From Bugula neritina (taxonomy: Eukaryota; Animalia; Bryozoa), in contig OZ037765.1 in NCBI GenBank assembly GCA_964035545.1, positions 21,947,504 through 22,011,503 of the forward strand: a stretch of 64,000 bases of DNA, given 5' to 3'. Under the pieces are notes generated by a model. The model was not told the DNA's origin and made no database searches. It worked only from the letters and a program-made list of their open reading frames with translations. The translations under genes were made by a program, and so were the position numbers. Every line of letters starts with the position of its first letter. Position 1 is the first letter of the stretch. Below, piece after piece: positions 1 to 12,000 of this stretch.

Positions 1-43
1 AATAGTTCAAAATTTAAAAAATGATTGCAAAAGCTTTACTTAC

Positions 44-724
44 CCTTATGCAAGGGAAACAGCACAGCTTTGAACAATGCGGGCAGAGTCTGGCATCTTT
101 CAAATTTTCCATGCAAATAAAGCAGCGGAAAACTTCGACTAAACTCTGCAAAACAGAAAAATCATCTACGCATGTTCTGAAACAGAAGCATTATTTCAAT
201 TCCAATGTATTAAAAACTACAGCCACAACCTGCTTATACAAGGTGCTTATCAAAACAAATAATAAATCTTAAAAATTAAATAAACTTTGAGAGCTTATTT
301 TCAGATAGTTATACAGAAAATAATACAGCAACACAGTGTATTACAGTGCATATTACAGTTTGGTTGTGATGATATGCAAGCTTAATTTTATTTTATACAT
401 TTAGTCAATATTAGCCTCGTATACTGACTAAATACATACATTTAAGGTTAAGATTGAGTTTAGAAAAATATTTATCTGAAAAGCAAAAAGTATTGAAGTA
501 CAAAAATCTAGTTTTAAAACCTTTTAACATCATTTACAACACACATCTGTGAATACTGAGCATGTCTCCGAAAAAAGATTAACTGTAACTAAAAACAAGC
601 ATCTATTTTAAATACACAGACATGTAATAGCCATAACCAATATATATCAATATAAATTTTACTTATTAGCTAAATTTATTACCTCCATTGTGCGACCATC
701 GCTGCTGCCCCCACAAGCAGCCAT
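44..724 (-). CDS. TRIM37: E3 ubiquitin ligase TRIM37, 5' coding exons (RING finger); gene continues off the left edge
   Basis: Minus-strand coding exons 724-683 ([14 protein letters not shown], donor GTAAT) and 145-44 ([34 protein letters not shown], acceptor TGCAG, donor GTAAGT), both phase 0. The second exon is nearly identical to the TRIM37 RING start ([31 protein letters not shown]). An acceptor at 822-823 implies an upstream 5'UTR exon. Confidence 0.93.
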
Positions 725-1699
725 CACTTAGTAGGACCAAGTTCACTTTCCGGGAGCAGGATCACTTCTTGTACAGTCGGTAGTCAAGTCATCACAACAG
801 GTAAAAGGAACAAGACTAATCCTATAATTAATGATAATTGTAATAATAACTGTAGTAATTAAGCTCTGTTACAAGCTTAGTTATGACTGTATTGTAACTT
901 AACCCAAACCCCGATCTCACAGAATAACAAGGCATAGATCAGAAATTCAAATTAGACGACAACCTAGACCGCTAATAATTATAACAGTAACCCCTTATAA
1001 AACCTATTCTACCAAAGTCTTTTACCTAGCCCCAGAACTATCACTATCAAAGATAATCAGAATAATTATCATATAAGCCCGATGCTTACACAAGTGCTAG
1101 TACTACTAGTAGTTAAAGTACAACATTATCATTATTCACTATGTCTTATGATTATAGTTCTTCATATTCATATTGATTAGTCATTGAACTAATCACTTAT
1201 GATTTATGAGTTTGCTAATGTTAAAGAGTTACAACATTTAAAATTAAGTTATAACTTAGCCTACGTTTTATAAACTAATCACAATTATATTCATAATGAG
1301 TTGATAATCACTTTATGATAATGTTATATTTAATAACTTATAAGTAAAAGCATTCCTATTAGTATTAGTATTACTATTAGTATAACTACAACCGTAAATA
1401 ACTAAATTACTAAATATTATTAAGCGAATTATTATTATTAACATTAATAATTTATAGTGAATAATAATAATAATAATATTAAGAATATTATAATTACTTA
1501 TACTTATAGTTATATTCAATCATCAATCATGATCATTCAAATGACTTTGCAAAATTGAAATTAATATATTTCGTTTTATTTAAATATAAAATTTAAACTT
1601 AAACATAGAAGTGTGCAATGATATTGCATTTGCAGACCTATAACAGCATAACTATAAGTAACTGTAAGCGTAGTAAATAGAAGTATGCTGTATTTAAAC

Positions 1700-2150
1700 C
1701 CCGAGGTTGCGAACTCTCACTGAATAACAAAGCTAGAGTTAGTCCGAGAACAAGCTTTAATTACTAAGCAGCCAGTGATTAATTTTTCATGAACAAAAGA
1801 TGCGTGCTGTTTACGAAAGCCGCAGCAGTTGTGATTCTGATTATCCATAATAGTTCTATAAGCAGCTCCAAGTTGGTGGTGAATGGGTGCAGTAGTTTGA
1901 AGAGTCTCGAGTCTCTCGCTGGGGGACATAACCCCAAACGCAAGACCTCTAACTACTGCACTCCTTCACCACCAACTCGGAGCTGCTTATATAACTATTT
2001 GATTAATCGAGCTTTTAACGAAAACAAGTCGAAGTATCAATTCTAGCTCCACAGGCCAAGTGCAGAAGCCGAAGGTCAGGTTACCTTTCTCAGTCAGTTA
2101 TCTGAATTTCAAGAGGGTGGCTTCGGCGCTGAGGTGATATGGGAACAGAG
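1700..2150. promoter_or_regulatory. Probable bidirectional promoter / 5'UTR exons shared by TRIM37 (-) and cys2-like gene (+)
   Basis: A GC/CpG-richer patch between two divergent genes whose first coding exons both start at splice acceptors (822 on -, 3725 on +). Candidate donors are GTGAG on - at 1720-1716 and GTGAT on + near 2134. Very AT-rich low-complexity sequence flanks both sides. Confidence 0.5.
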
Positions 2151-3778
2151 TTGTTTTAGCACATTATTATGTTGCTTTATTTTAATTTTAACGAAACTGT
2201 AGGCATATATTATACTATATTAATTATTATTATTATTACTATCTACCTTTGCCATTTACTATGAATATGAATATCAGTATGAGTATGAGTATGACTATGA
2301 GTATCTCACTATCTGTATGAGTATCGCTATGAGTATGACTATGACTATCAATATTAATATTATAATTATTAGTACGAGATCCTTATTCACTTTGAGTATA
2401 AAATTCAATAGTATAATTTTACTATAATTATAACTACAATTATTACTAGTACTATAACTTATTAACTATAACTATAAGTATAAGATTAACTTTAAGTTTA
2501 AGTTATTTAATAGGCATGTGATTACTATGAGTATGAGTATTACTATCACCATATTTATATTATTATTACTATTAGCATAACTAAAACTAATACTAATAGT
2601 AATAGTATTAGTAATACTATGACTATGAGTATAATTTTAAAAATAAAATTGAATAATCATAATACTATTGCTAATGCATTTGCACTTGCAGTACTAACTA
2701 ACTAAGACTTATACTTATGAACTACACTTATTCTTACAGCTATACTTATGGACTGTGATTTACTCACCAGAGTAATAGTAATACTAATAGTAATAGGTTA
2801 ATGTTATTAAGTTTGGTTCAATCTCAGTTTTAATTCGCTAACTTCAATCAGTTTTAACTTGATAAGGTTACCTTATTAATCTACATAACCTAGTTACTAG
2901 GACTAATGAAAAATTTGGTTTTATAATAATTTAATTAAATAAAATCCTAATTATAATCTATTGATTACATATTAGTTTAATTTATTATTATTGTCACTAT
3001 AAGTATATTATCATTATAACTCAATAATATTAATATTCATACTAATGGTGATTCTGGTAAGACTGAGTACTTTAATTTACTATTTAGTGAGTGCTATACT
3101 TCTACTAGAAGTTTTAGTTATACTAATAGAAATAATTATTATGCTAGAATTAATAATGTTTCAGCTGTTCTCAATTTAGTAGTGTCTACACAAATTTGAC
3201 AAACTCAAACTGCAATTCAAAGTTAGATTTAAATTATAAATATAAATAGCAACATTTGATGTTGTTTTTACTATGTTGAAAATGTATTAGGCTATGTAGC
3301 TGCTATTAGTATTGCTATTACTATTAGCACTAAAAATAGAAAAGGCAAAGTCAAACTCAAAGTGACCTATAGTTGTTACTCATAGGATTATCTTGATGTT
3401 TGTAGACTGTAGGCAAATGTATGCTAATTACAATACTATTTGATTTACTGCTTTTGCTCCTAAAACTACTTTACAGTTATGTGATCAGTCTATTGCCAGT
3501 ACTGCAGTTTCAGCTTGTAGTTAACCTCTAATTTCTAAAAACCTAAATTTTGCATTTTGTATTGTACAATATAACTGAGATTTTGAAGGATTTGTATAGC
3601 CAAATAGCTCTAGTTGGCATTAAATTAAATTGCTTTAGTATAGTACGCAACATTCAAATAGCAGTGACTGGCTTTTTAACTGTTCAGTTATTCACCTACT
3701 ACTAACAATTAACTTTTGGTTACAGGTATAACCACTGCAAATTGGGAATTGAAATTGGTTGCATAGTACCATTAGAAA

Positions 3779-6700
3779 ATGAGGAGCCAGATTGCTGCTT
3801 TATGCCGTGACTCATACTCTACACTAACTTCTGGTAAATTAGTGGAACATGTAAGAGAGGCCCTCTGTAAGCACCATAGCAGACAGCTATCAACTGCTGC
3901 GATTGACACACCAAGGTCTAAGTTTGAACTGAGATTGTCTAATAAAGTGCCGCTCTTTCCCCATAGACAGCTGTTCTCCACCTCTCAGTTCTTGCAACAG
4001 GATACGGCTGCAACAAGTCAAGGTCAAACAAATAACCTAAAGGAGGACAGTGAATCGGCTGCTTTATTTAATGGTTTAGATGAACAGTTTCCATGTTTGA
4101 TGAGAAATCCTTCAAAGGGGCCAGAGCCTGAATATCATCAAGTTGTGTCAGGGTACAAGAAGTTCATTTATGATCGTCCATTTCATTTTAAATACAACGA
4201 AGGAGTCATACCTAGCCTAACCGTTGCCTATGAGACGTGGGGAGAGCTCAATGCAGATAAATCCAATGCAATACTCCTTACTGCTGGACTCTCTGCAAGT
4301 TCTCATGCTAAGAGTCACTCTGAGAACCCTAAACCTGGCTGGTGGGAGAAATTTATTGGCCCTGGTAAGTTGTGCTGATCTACTGTCTATTTAATTTAAT
4401 AGGCCAGTGCTTATTCTAATCAGCAAGACATGCTGTTGCATGCCACATGCCGGTCTCTGCTATGACCTTTAACACTTGTAATTCGGTTATCTCAAATATT
4501 CCTCAAGGTTATCAATTGTTTTCACTTCACGGCTATTATTCAACTTGTTCGCTTCATTACCTAACAATATGATAAATGATAATAGAAGTATATTGGGTAT
4601 TTTGCTAAGTCATGCTATGAATAGCTAGATTCTAGAATATTAATGCACCGTAATAAGTATCGGCTAGTTGAAACTAGCTGTCCACAAGCCTGCACTCTAC
4701 AACTTGGGATTTTTTGTATTTTCACAAAATCAAAGATGTGCTCGTCAGGCAATAATTAATAACTTACAAAGTTGTATCTATTTGCAGGTTGTGCAGTGGA
4801 TACTAACAAGTACTTCGTGATATGCACCAACACCTTGGGAGGCTGCTATGGTATTCTAATACTATATAAATTATGTAGATTACTTTTGATATTTCCCAAA
4901 TATGGTAAAAGCTGAAATTTCCGATGTACCAGTCACCCGAGCAGGTATAGGTATAGGTATAGAGCTTGAATTAGGTCCTGTTTGACTGGAAGTCAGTTAG
5001 GATGTGAAGCTGAAACTTGCAGTTTATCTTACAAGGCTATTGTGGCTGTGAAATAGTTACAATAGATGTCCAAAGACTAAACTTGTGCAAATAGCAAGCA
5101 TGTTTATGAAGTATAACTGTGCTAAAATATTATAGGGACCGTGTGTATTAATAATTTGCTAGTTTTTTTTTGTAAGAAATGTCTAATTTCACCCCACAGT
5201 CCGGCTCTAGGCATTTCCAATTCCTTATGAAAGTTAGTGAACAAAAGTAGGCTGATTAATTCACATATAATCCTTTTCTATGAAGTTCAACACTCTGATT
5301 AATGTCATTCATTTCTGCCTTAGGTTCTACTGGCCCATCATCAATAAACCCAGAGACTGGTGAGCCATATGGTACCACCTTTCCATTGTTGTCCATTAAG
5401 GACATGGTAAATGCTCAGTTCCTTTTGCTTGATCATCTTGGAGTAGAGAAAGTTTATGCAACGATTGGCTCATCATTAGGTAAGTGTCATTAGATACCCA
5501 CTAGTTTCCTAGCTTCACATTATATGAGTGGATTTTCATTCAAACGGTTTTTCATTCGATGTTAGGAAGCAATTGCATGGAATAAAACTATAAACCATAA
5601 GTTCATCTGAGTAGAAGTAATAGAAGTGCAGTGAATTTTCATTTCTCTAGAAAGTGCTAGGCTTGTTTGTGCTGCAGTTAGACTCCTTAAAGCTGTTTAT
5701 TTTGTTACCAGGGGTTTTGACAACTTTTTTGTTCTAAATGTTGTAAAGCTTATTTACATTTCTGTGTACTCAGCTGTATATATTCTTCTACTTCTTCCAA
5801 GTAATTTGAGTCTTATTTATAATACCTGTAGTTTACAAAACTTATTGTTACAGAGATATTGATTGTTTTGAGGTATAAAGAAGGAAGAGTTTTTGAAAAT
5901 GTTGCGAATGTTAAATTAGTTCATGAACACATTTTTAAAAAAATGAACTAGTTTATTTACAATGTGCAGTACATTAAAATAGTATTGCAGACATGGCTAT
6001 TTCAGTGCTAAACATTCATATCTATTAGTACATTGATAGCTGTCATACACCGCAGCTGTGTAAATAGATTATTAGGTTACCCACATTATGGCCTTTGAAC
6101 TTTTTGGTGTCTTATATAACTACTGGGTCATTCTGTGACGTAGACAAACTAAGTGATGTTGCTTATCATGGATGATTACACAAGAGCTCATGTTGCAGAT
6201 TAAATTTTGAATTTTTCCCATCTATGTCCGGGTAGTTTTATCAATCTTGCTATTGAGGCTACCGACCTGATATACACAATGGAAATTTCCATCATGCCAC
6301 TCTTTTCTAAACATTTTACAGTGTTCAAAGTACTATGTTGTTTTTTTCAGGACAGCGCTACACTGCTTGGTGAATATTGTATGCACATTTGTTGAAACAA
6401 ACTGTGAACATGGCTCATTTTTTCTCCTGTCTGCTGCAGGTGGTATGTGTAGCCTTACCTCTGCGGTTGAATATCCGGAGAGGGTGGGTCGTATGCTCTC
6501 CATCTCTTCCTGTGCCCTGTCTCACCCTACCTCCATAGCTATGCGATACCTTCAGAGAAAGAGCATTATGACAGATCCCATGTGGCAGAATGGTAATTTA
6601 CACACAAGTAGTGTTACTTTATCTGGCTTTTCTGCAAAGAACTTTGATAACGCTTTATCGTTCAGTTTGAATTTTGAAAAAAGCCTGTGTTCTGAATTAG

Positions 6701-6827
6701 AAATGTAGCAAAAGAAGTGATGTTCTCTCGAGAATTTCCACCTCTCCCCAAACAAAAATTTATTATGTGAGTTAAAGAACTTAGGCTATTGGAATTTCTC
6801 TACCACTAAATTTAAATGTGCAAGATG

Positions 6828-6922
<95 letters not shown>

Positions 6923-8208
6923 CAATTGATTAATGAAGATGATGCTAATATTTTTCTCTGATCTTGTGTATATAAATTGGAAAAACTGCTCTTAAATATG
7001 CATTATATGCTGCTAAAGGAAGTTTACTAATCTTAATTTCTTTTTTTCAGTTTTTCTTGAAATTTTAGGCTAATAATTTTGTATTTTTCTGTGTCAGAAG
7101 TAATTGTTTTATTGCCGAGTATACCGTCAACACTATCCTATAGACCACCAAGTTGCATATTGAGTGTATTGTTTCATTCTGTCAGGACACTATTATGGGA
7201 AAAGTTATCCTCGTAATGGCATGAAGATGGCGCGGGAACTGGCTACCATGACCTACAGATCCGGTCCCGAGTGGAGTCAGAGGTTCAGCAGGAAAAAGAT
7301 TGATGAGAATGAAAAACTGGCTCTTTGCCCGACATTTCTTATCGAAAGTTACTTAGATTATCAGGGTGTGTGTTTTAAGTTGTTTTCCAAAAGCCGTTTT
7401 AACCTTAGATCCAATGTCACCTAAAGCATATTTCTCTAACAATAATTTGCTTTTTACCAGAGCAATATTCCAAATTTATAATCTTGCTCTACTAACAGTG
7501 CCACTCTTAGTTGGCCTTTTATAGGAAGGAGTTACCTACATATATATAGCTGAGTAGCTACTAGTCATGTGACCTTTGACTGTCCAGTAGTAATTTTATT
7601 ATTCAAAATTCTATCACCTCAAGGCCATTTTATGCTGTTGGGTGAGCTTGATAATTTACTTGAATAAAATTAGTGTTTCAAGATATCATTGTAGGTCATA
7701 CAAAAAGTTTAATCTTAAATAGGAGACAACTCTCAAGTGATTGGAAACTCTGCAAATATTATTTGATGAAATGCACGGATTGGTATTACAGGCTATATAT
7801 ATTATGAAATGTTGCTAGTTTTGTAAAAGTTTTACAATTCTTTGTGCAGGAGAGATGTTCTGTACTATGTATGACCCCAACTCGCTGCTCTACATTTCTA
7901 AGGCCATGGATCTGTTTGATATTGGAGAAGATCACGAAGATATCACATCAGCGTGTGCAAAGATAACGTGCCCTATTATGGTGTTAGGTGTTACTACCGA
8001 TATATTGTTTCCGATATGGCAGCAAAAGCAGTTAGCTGATGTGTGCCGTGCTACGGGTAACGGCAAAGTTACCTTCTACTCTTTGGATTCCGTGTATGGT
8101 CATGATACATTTCTTCTTAATCTAAATGATATTGGTTCTGCTGTGAAAGGATTTCTAGACACCGAACAGGCACACAGTGGCCGAGTTCGTCCTCAAAAAG
8201 ACCAGTAA
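3779..8208 (+). CDS. cys2: MetX-family alpha/beta hydrolase, L-serine O-succinyltransferase (fungal Cys2/CysA type), ~498 aa, probably mitochondrial
   Basis: Exons 3779-4364, 4788-4850, 5324-5479, 6440-6592, 7186-7365, 7850-8208 join by GT-AG in one frame (1497 nt). Motifs: [53 protein letters not shown], nucleophile [41 protein letters not shown], catalytic Asp in TDILFP and His in YGHDTFL. The N-terminal extension is Arg/Ser/Leu-rich. Confidence 0.9.
6663..6807. mobile_element. Small MITE-like dispersed repeat, copy 1 (in cys2 intron)
   Basis: Colinear with 14732-14883 (AAAAGCCTGTGTT..ATTA.AAATGTAGCAAAAGA.G..ATGTT ... GAAC.TAGGCTAT...AATTTCTCTAC.ACT). Confidence 0.65.
6829..6918. repeat. 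(TA)n microsatellite
   Basis: ~45 perfect TA units. Confidence 0.97.
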
Positions 8209-8423
8209 TAGGAATCTAGCATGTCATAGATCGGTTCTCTGGTTTGGTTTTGTCGCTTTGATAGTCTGTTGATTCAGTATAATAGCTCAATTTTCATAGC
8301 ACTCTATTTTCTTATGAGTATTTAGAAACATTTCTATTTTATTTAAAATTTGTTTCATGATTCTGTTTATTTCTATTTACATTTATGGCGTATCACCTAA
8401 TTTTTTTGGTCTCGTTTCAATTC

Positions 8424-8429
8424 AATAAA
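8424..8429 (+). terminator. Candidate polyadenylation signal (AATAAA) of cys2-like gene
   Basis: AATAAA ~215 nt after the stop, followed by T/GT-rich sequence; a second AATAAA lies near 8553. Confidence 0.45.
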
Positions 8430-9012
8430 AGAATGTCATGTTTATATTATACCCTTAACATTAGTTGATAGTTATATTTTGTGATTTTGGTGTTTTTGTT
8501 TCAGATGAATACTGTAGTGTGACTTTAAATCAGCCTGATTTTTATGTTTTAGTAATAAAATCGAACTTTATGTTTTACTTTCACTTTATGCATAATCAGT
8601 GATTTGAAATAAGAGTTGCAATTTCAAAAATGTGAAGTGCATTCCAATTTCTAAATTTTTTAAAATTTCACATTCCTCTTCGAAACTTTTAATGTGACTG
8701 ACATAGTTTGACTCACAAAAAAGGATCACATTTTGTTTTGATTACTAATTTTAAAAACATTGTAGAATTTATCCTGGGTCATTTAAATCTGAATATACAA
8801 GAGAAATTTGGAACAATAGCATTATGGAATGTTAGCCTTACTTTGTGTAGCATAAATGTATGACTGAAAATTAAAAGCAAAAGGTTTGTGTTGTTGCTGA
8901 GGAATTGAGTTATTAATGCTAGTGGAAGCATTTCAATTGCATACTAGTTTTGGTTGTATAAAAAAGAAGTGTTGAACCTGGCAGTGACTGACCAGCTAGT
9001 CGAAGGCTAAAA

Positions 9013-12000
9013 ATGGCAGCTAAAACAAAAGGTGGTGTACAAAAAAAGATCAACTATGTGGTGGAAAGTTATGATATTTTAGAATGGGAGAGGCCAGTAG
9101 TCCGAAATGCATGCATCTCTCAGGTAACAGCAGAATTAACAGCTAAGTTCATTATACCAGCTGCTATACTGCATGTAAAATATGTAAATCAGTTGACTAT
9201 AATATCTGTATCTGGTTTCAGTTTATACTACAACAAAATATTGTTGCATAAAAACTGTTGTCACTGGTGTGAACTAATGCTCTATAGAGTCTAGTCTATA
9301 AAGTTTCTGCTACATTTCTACATTATTTTTTGCTCAAGGTTTTTAAAAGAGAACTAAAAGTAAATTAATAGTAATATCGGATTTGATGGCAAATGCACCT
9401 TAATCAAACTAGCAGCATGAAAGTTGCAGCATATAAAATGAACTTTGAAAATAAAGTTGAAATACCTGGAGAGCTGTTGCACTTTAGAAGCCCGGGCAAC
9501 AATCCTTATTTTCTTCAATCTTCTGTATTTTTCACATAAGTAAAGCAACCAAAATACTATTAACTCAGTTACCAAGATAACACATTTACCAAAGGAACAT
9601 TATCTGTAAATTGTCTCCATATTGAGTTTTATTATCTTGCAGATTTGCTGTTGTTTCTGCGCTGCACCATGCCATTGCTTCTGTTCTTGTCTTCCTCCAA
9701 TTAAGGAGTCGACTAGCACTCGCCTCATGTACCTGTTGATGCTGGCATTTACAATAGCCATGTCAGTTCTTAGTCTTATTCCGGAAATACCAAGTTATAT
9801 CATTAGTGAGGTTATTAAGGCTTATACATCTGTCTCTCCTCACACGGTACATATAAGTATATTTAATACAAACCCATTTATTATAAAATTTAAAACTGGA
9901 AGCACTTGGGGACATTTTTTGCAACACATTTGATCTTGTTTGAATCTGGAGCTGTTTTAATGAGACAAATAAAAATAATTTCTTTGATACTTATATTTTA
10001 GTAATGCTTTTTGTAGCTAAAATTTAAGTCATGTTTAGTTGCAAATGACTATTGAAATAGTAAAAGTTTAAAACAAATTGTTACAAAACTGTATATATCT
10101 GAGTATTTAGTTTCACAAAAAGCATTGGGTAATACCATGTTAATATGTGTAAATGACATACAAAATAATATAAAAGTTCAAAAATAATTATTGCTAAAAC
10201 TGCATCAGCATATTTTTACTTTTACAGAACTATTGCATGAGTATGTAATACCATGTTAATATGTGTTCTATATATCCTGGAATTTTAGTTTGCCTTATTC
10301 AACTCTACATGTATCAAGAATTCCAAAGACAACTGTTCAGAAGTGTTCGGGAATTTCACTGTTGTATACAAGCTGTGTGCAGGACAACTGCTATTGCATA
10401 TACTACTTATACCTGTCACTACATGTGGCCAAAATAGCATTAATCTCTCAGGCGCGATCCATAATGGGTAAGTTAGGCTATATGTATAGGGAGCGATGTA
10501 GCTAGGCTTAGGAGGCTGCATTGCCAAATTCTTTAGGGTTTTGGTAGAAGCACTTTTAAGGGAAGAGTTTAAGTAAGACTTTTGAAAGCTTGTAATAGAC
10601 TCTCTTCAATGTCAGTTGTTTGTGTGTGCATGCGTGCAATGTATTAACCATGGTGAATAACCACGATGTACAACCACATTAGATAACCATGATGTATAAC
10701 CATGTTAGATAACCATTATGTATAACCATGTTAGATAACCATTATGTATAACCAAGATGTTAAAATATTTCATATATAGCTATTGGCTCTGGAAATGGCT
10801 CTTTGTTATTACCATAGATGTGCTCCTGATATTGTTTGTCCACCAAGACAACTTTGTTCCAATAGCTACAGGTGAAACATTATGAGTTACATAATTGAAT
10901 AAACTACAAGTATAATCTACCTGTTTATGTATAAATTTGCAATAGAAATAACAGCAAAATTCTAAAAGAATATTGTGATCTTGTAATATATCATATAACA
11001 TTCAAAAAGAAACATTTTAGTAAAAGGATTATTTCAACATGAGAAAAAAACTATTTAAGTTGCTAAACTATAAAAGTACTAATTCCTATAACTGGCTATA
11101 AGCATTAAAGTCTTTACTCATTTGTTAAAATACTGCATCTGTAATCATAGTTGTTTTACGGTAAATATATTGTTACAAATTCAATTAAAGGTACAATTAT
11201 TAGATTCCAATAAAAATGTTTTCAATGTTTTGCGCAATTTGCAGTGCTGCGGACCATGGGGCTTGTAGGAGGTTCCCTTTACATTCTTGTAAATATATTT
11301 TTCATGTGCCAAGTTACAACAGACTTTAATGTTAAGTTGTGAGTACAGCATTCTCGTTATGTTCTAAAACGTGTTAGTTGTGCAGCAATTATGTTTAACT
11401 AACTATTGTCTGGCATAGCTTTAACATTCAACCCAACTTTTACAGTAATGACCTATAATACGTTGCAAATAGTACTAGTGTTTTAAATGCTTTGTTTCTT
11501 GCAATAATGTTAAAACAAAATTGAAATTGTGTTATACCACAGCAGCATGGGTATTTCTTATCGGTTCATATTATTTGCTAGCAGCTGCAACACTCTTGAT
11601 AAAACTTAGGTGGTTAAGGAAGCATGTAGTTTTACTTGTCAGTTCATATTCAAGAATTTATATTTTTGCTGTAGAAATTACAAGCAGCAGGTTTCAAAGA
11701 TTTCATGTTGCTAAGTAACTATACAACAATAACATTGCAGGCTACTGAAATCAAGTGCGAACTGTAAATGGCATATAGTAATATGGTTAGTAACTCTGAT
11801 CCTGTTAGCTGTAACAGGGTTTATGTGTTACATAATATTCCGGTTCTACTCTGGCTGCATAGGAAATGTAGTAATTTCTGTAGCTCACACCATGCTATGC
11901 GGTTTGGTTCTTTTTATAACTGCTGGAGCTGCTATAATGAGAGGTTAGTTACAATATTTTTTCTATTTAGATTTTTGCCGTCCAAAAGATGTCAGTAATT

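Noticed and set aside
4426-4452. p53/p63-like element (AGACATGCTG TTGCATGCCA) in cys2 intron
   Set aside because: The CATG cores are 10 bp apart, but there are about 4 mismatches to RRRCWWGYYY x2; expected by chance in 64 kb.
3779-8208. Bacterial contamination, recent bacterial HGT, or methionine-pathway homoserine O-acetyltransferase (metX/MET2)
   Set aside because: It has five spliceosomal introns, a presequence and animal-type neighbours, and its motifs (GLSASSH, GPEPEY, YRSGPEW) fit the eukaryotic Cys2 serine-acylating branch better.
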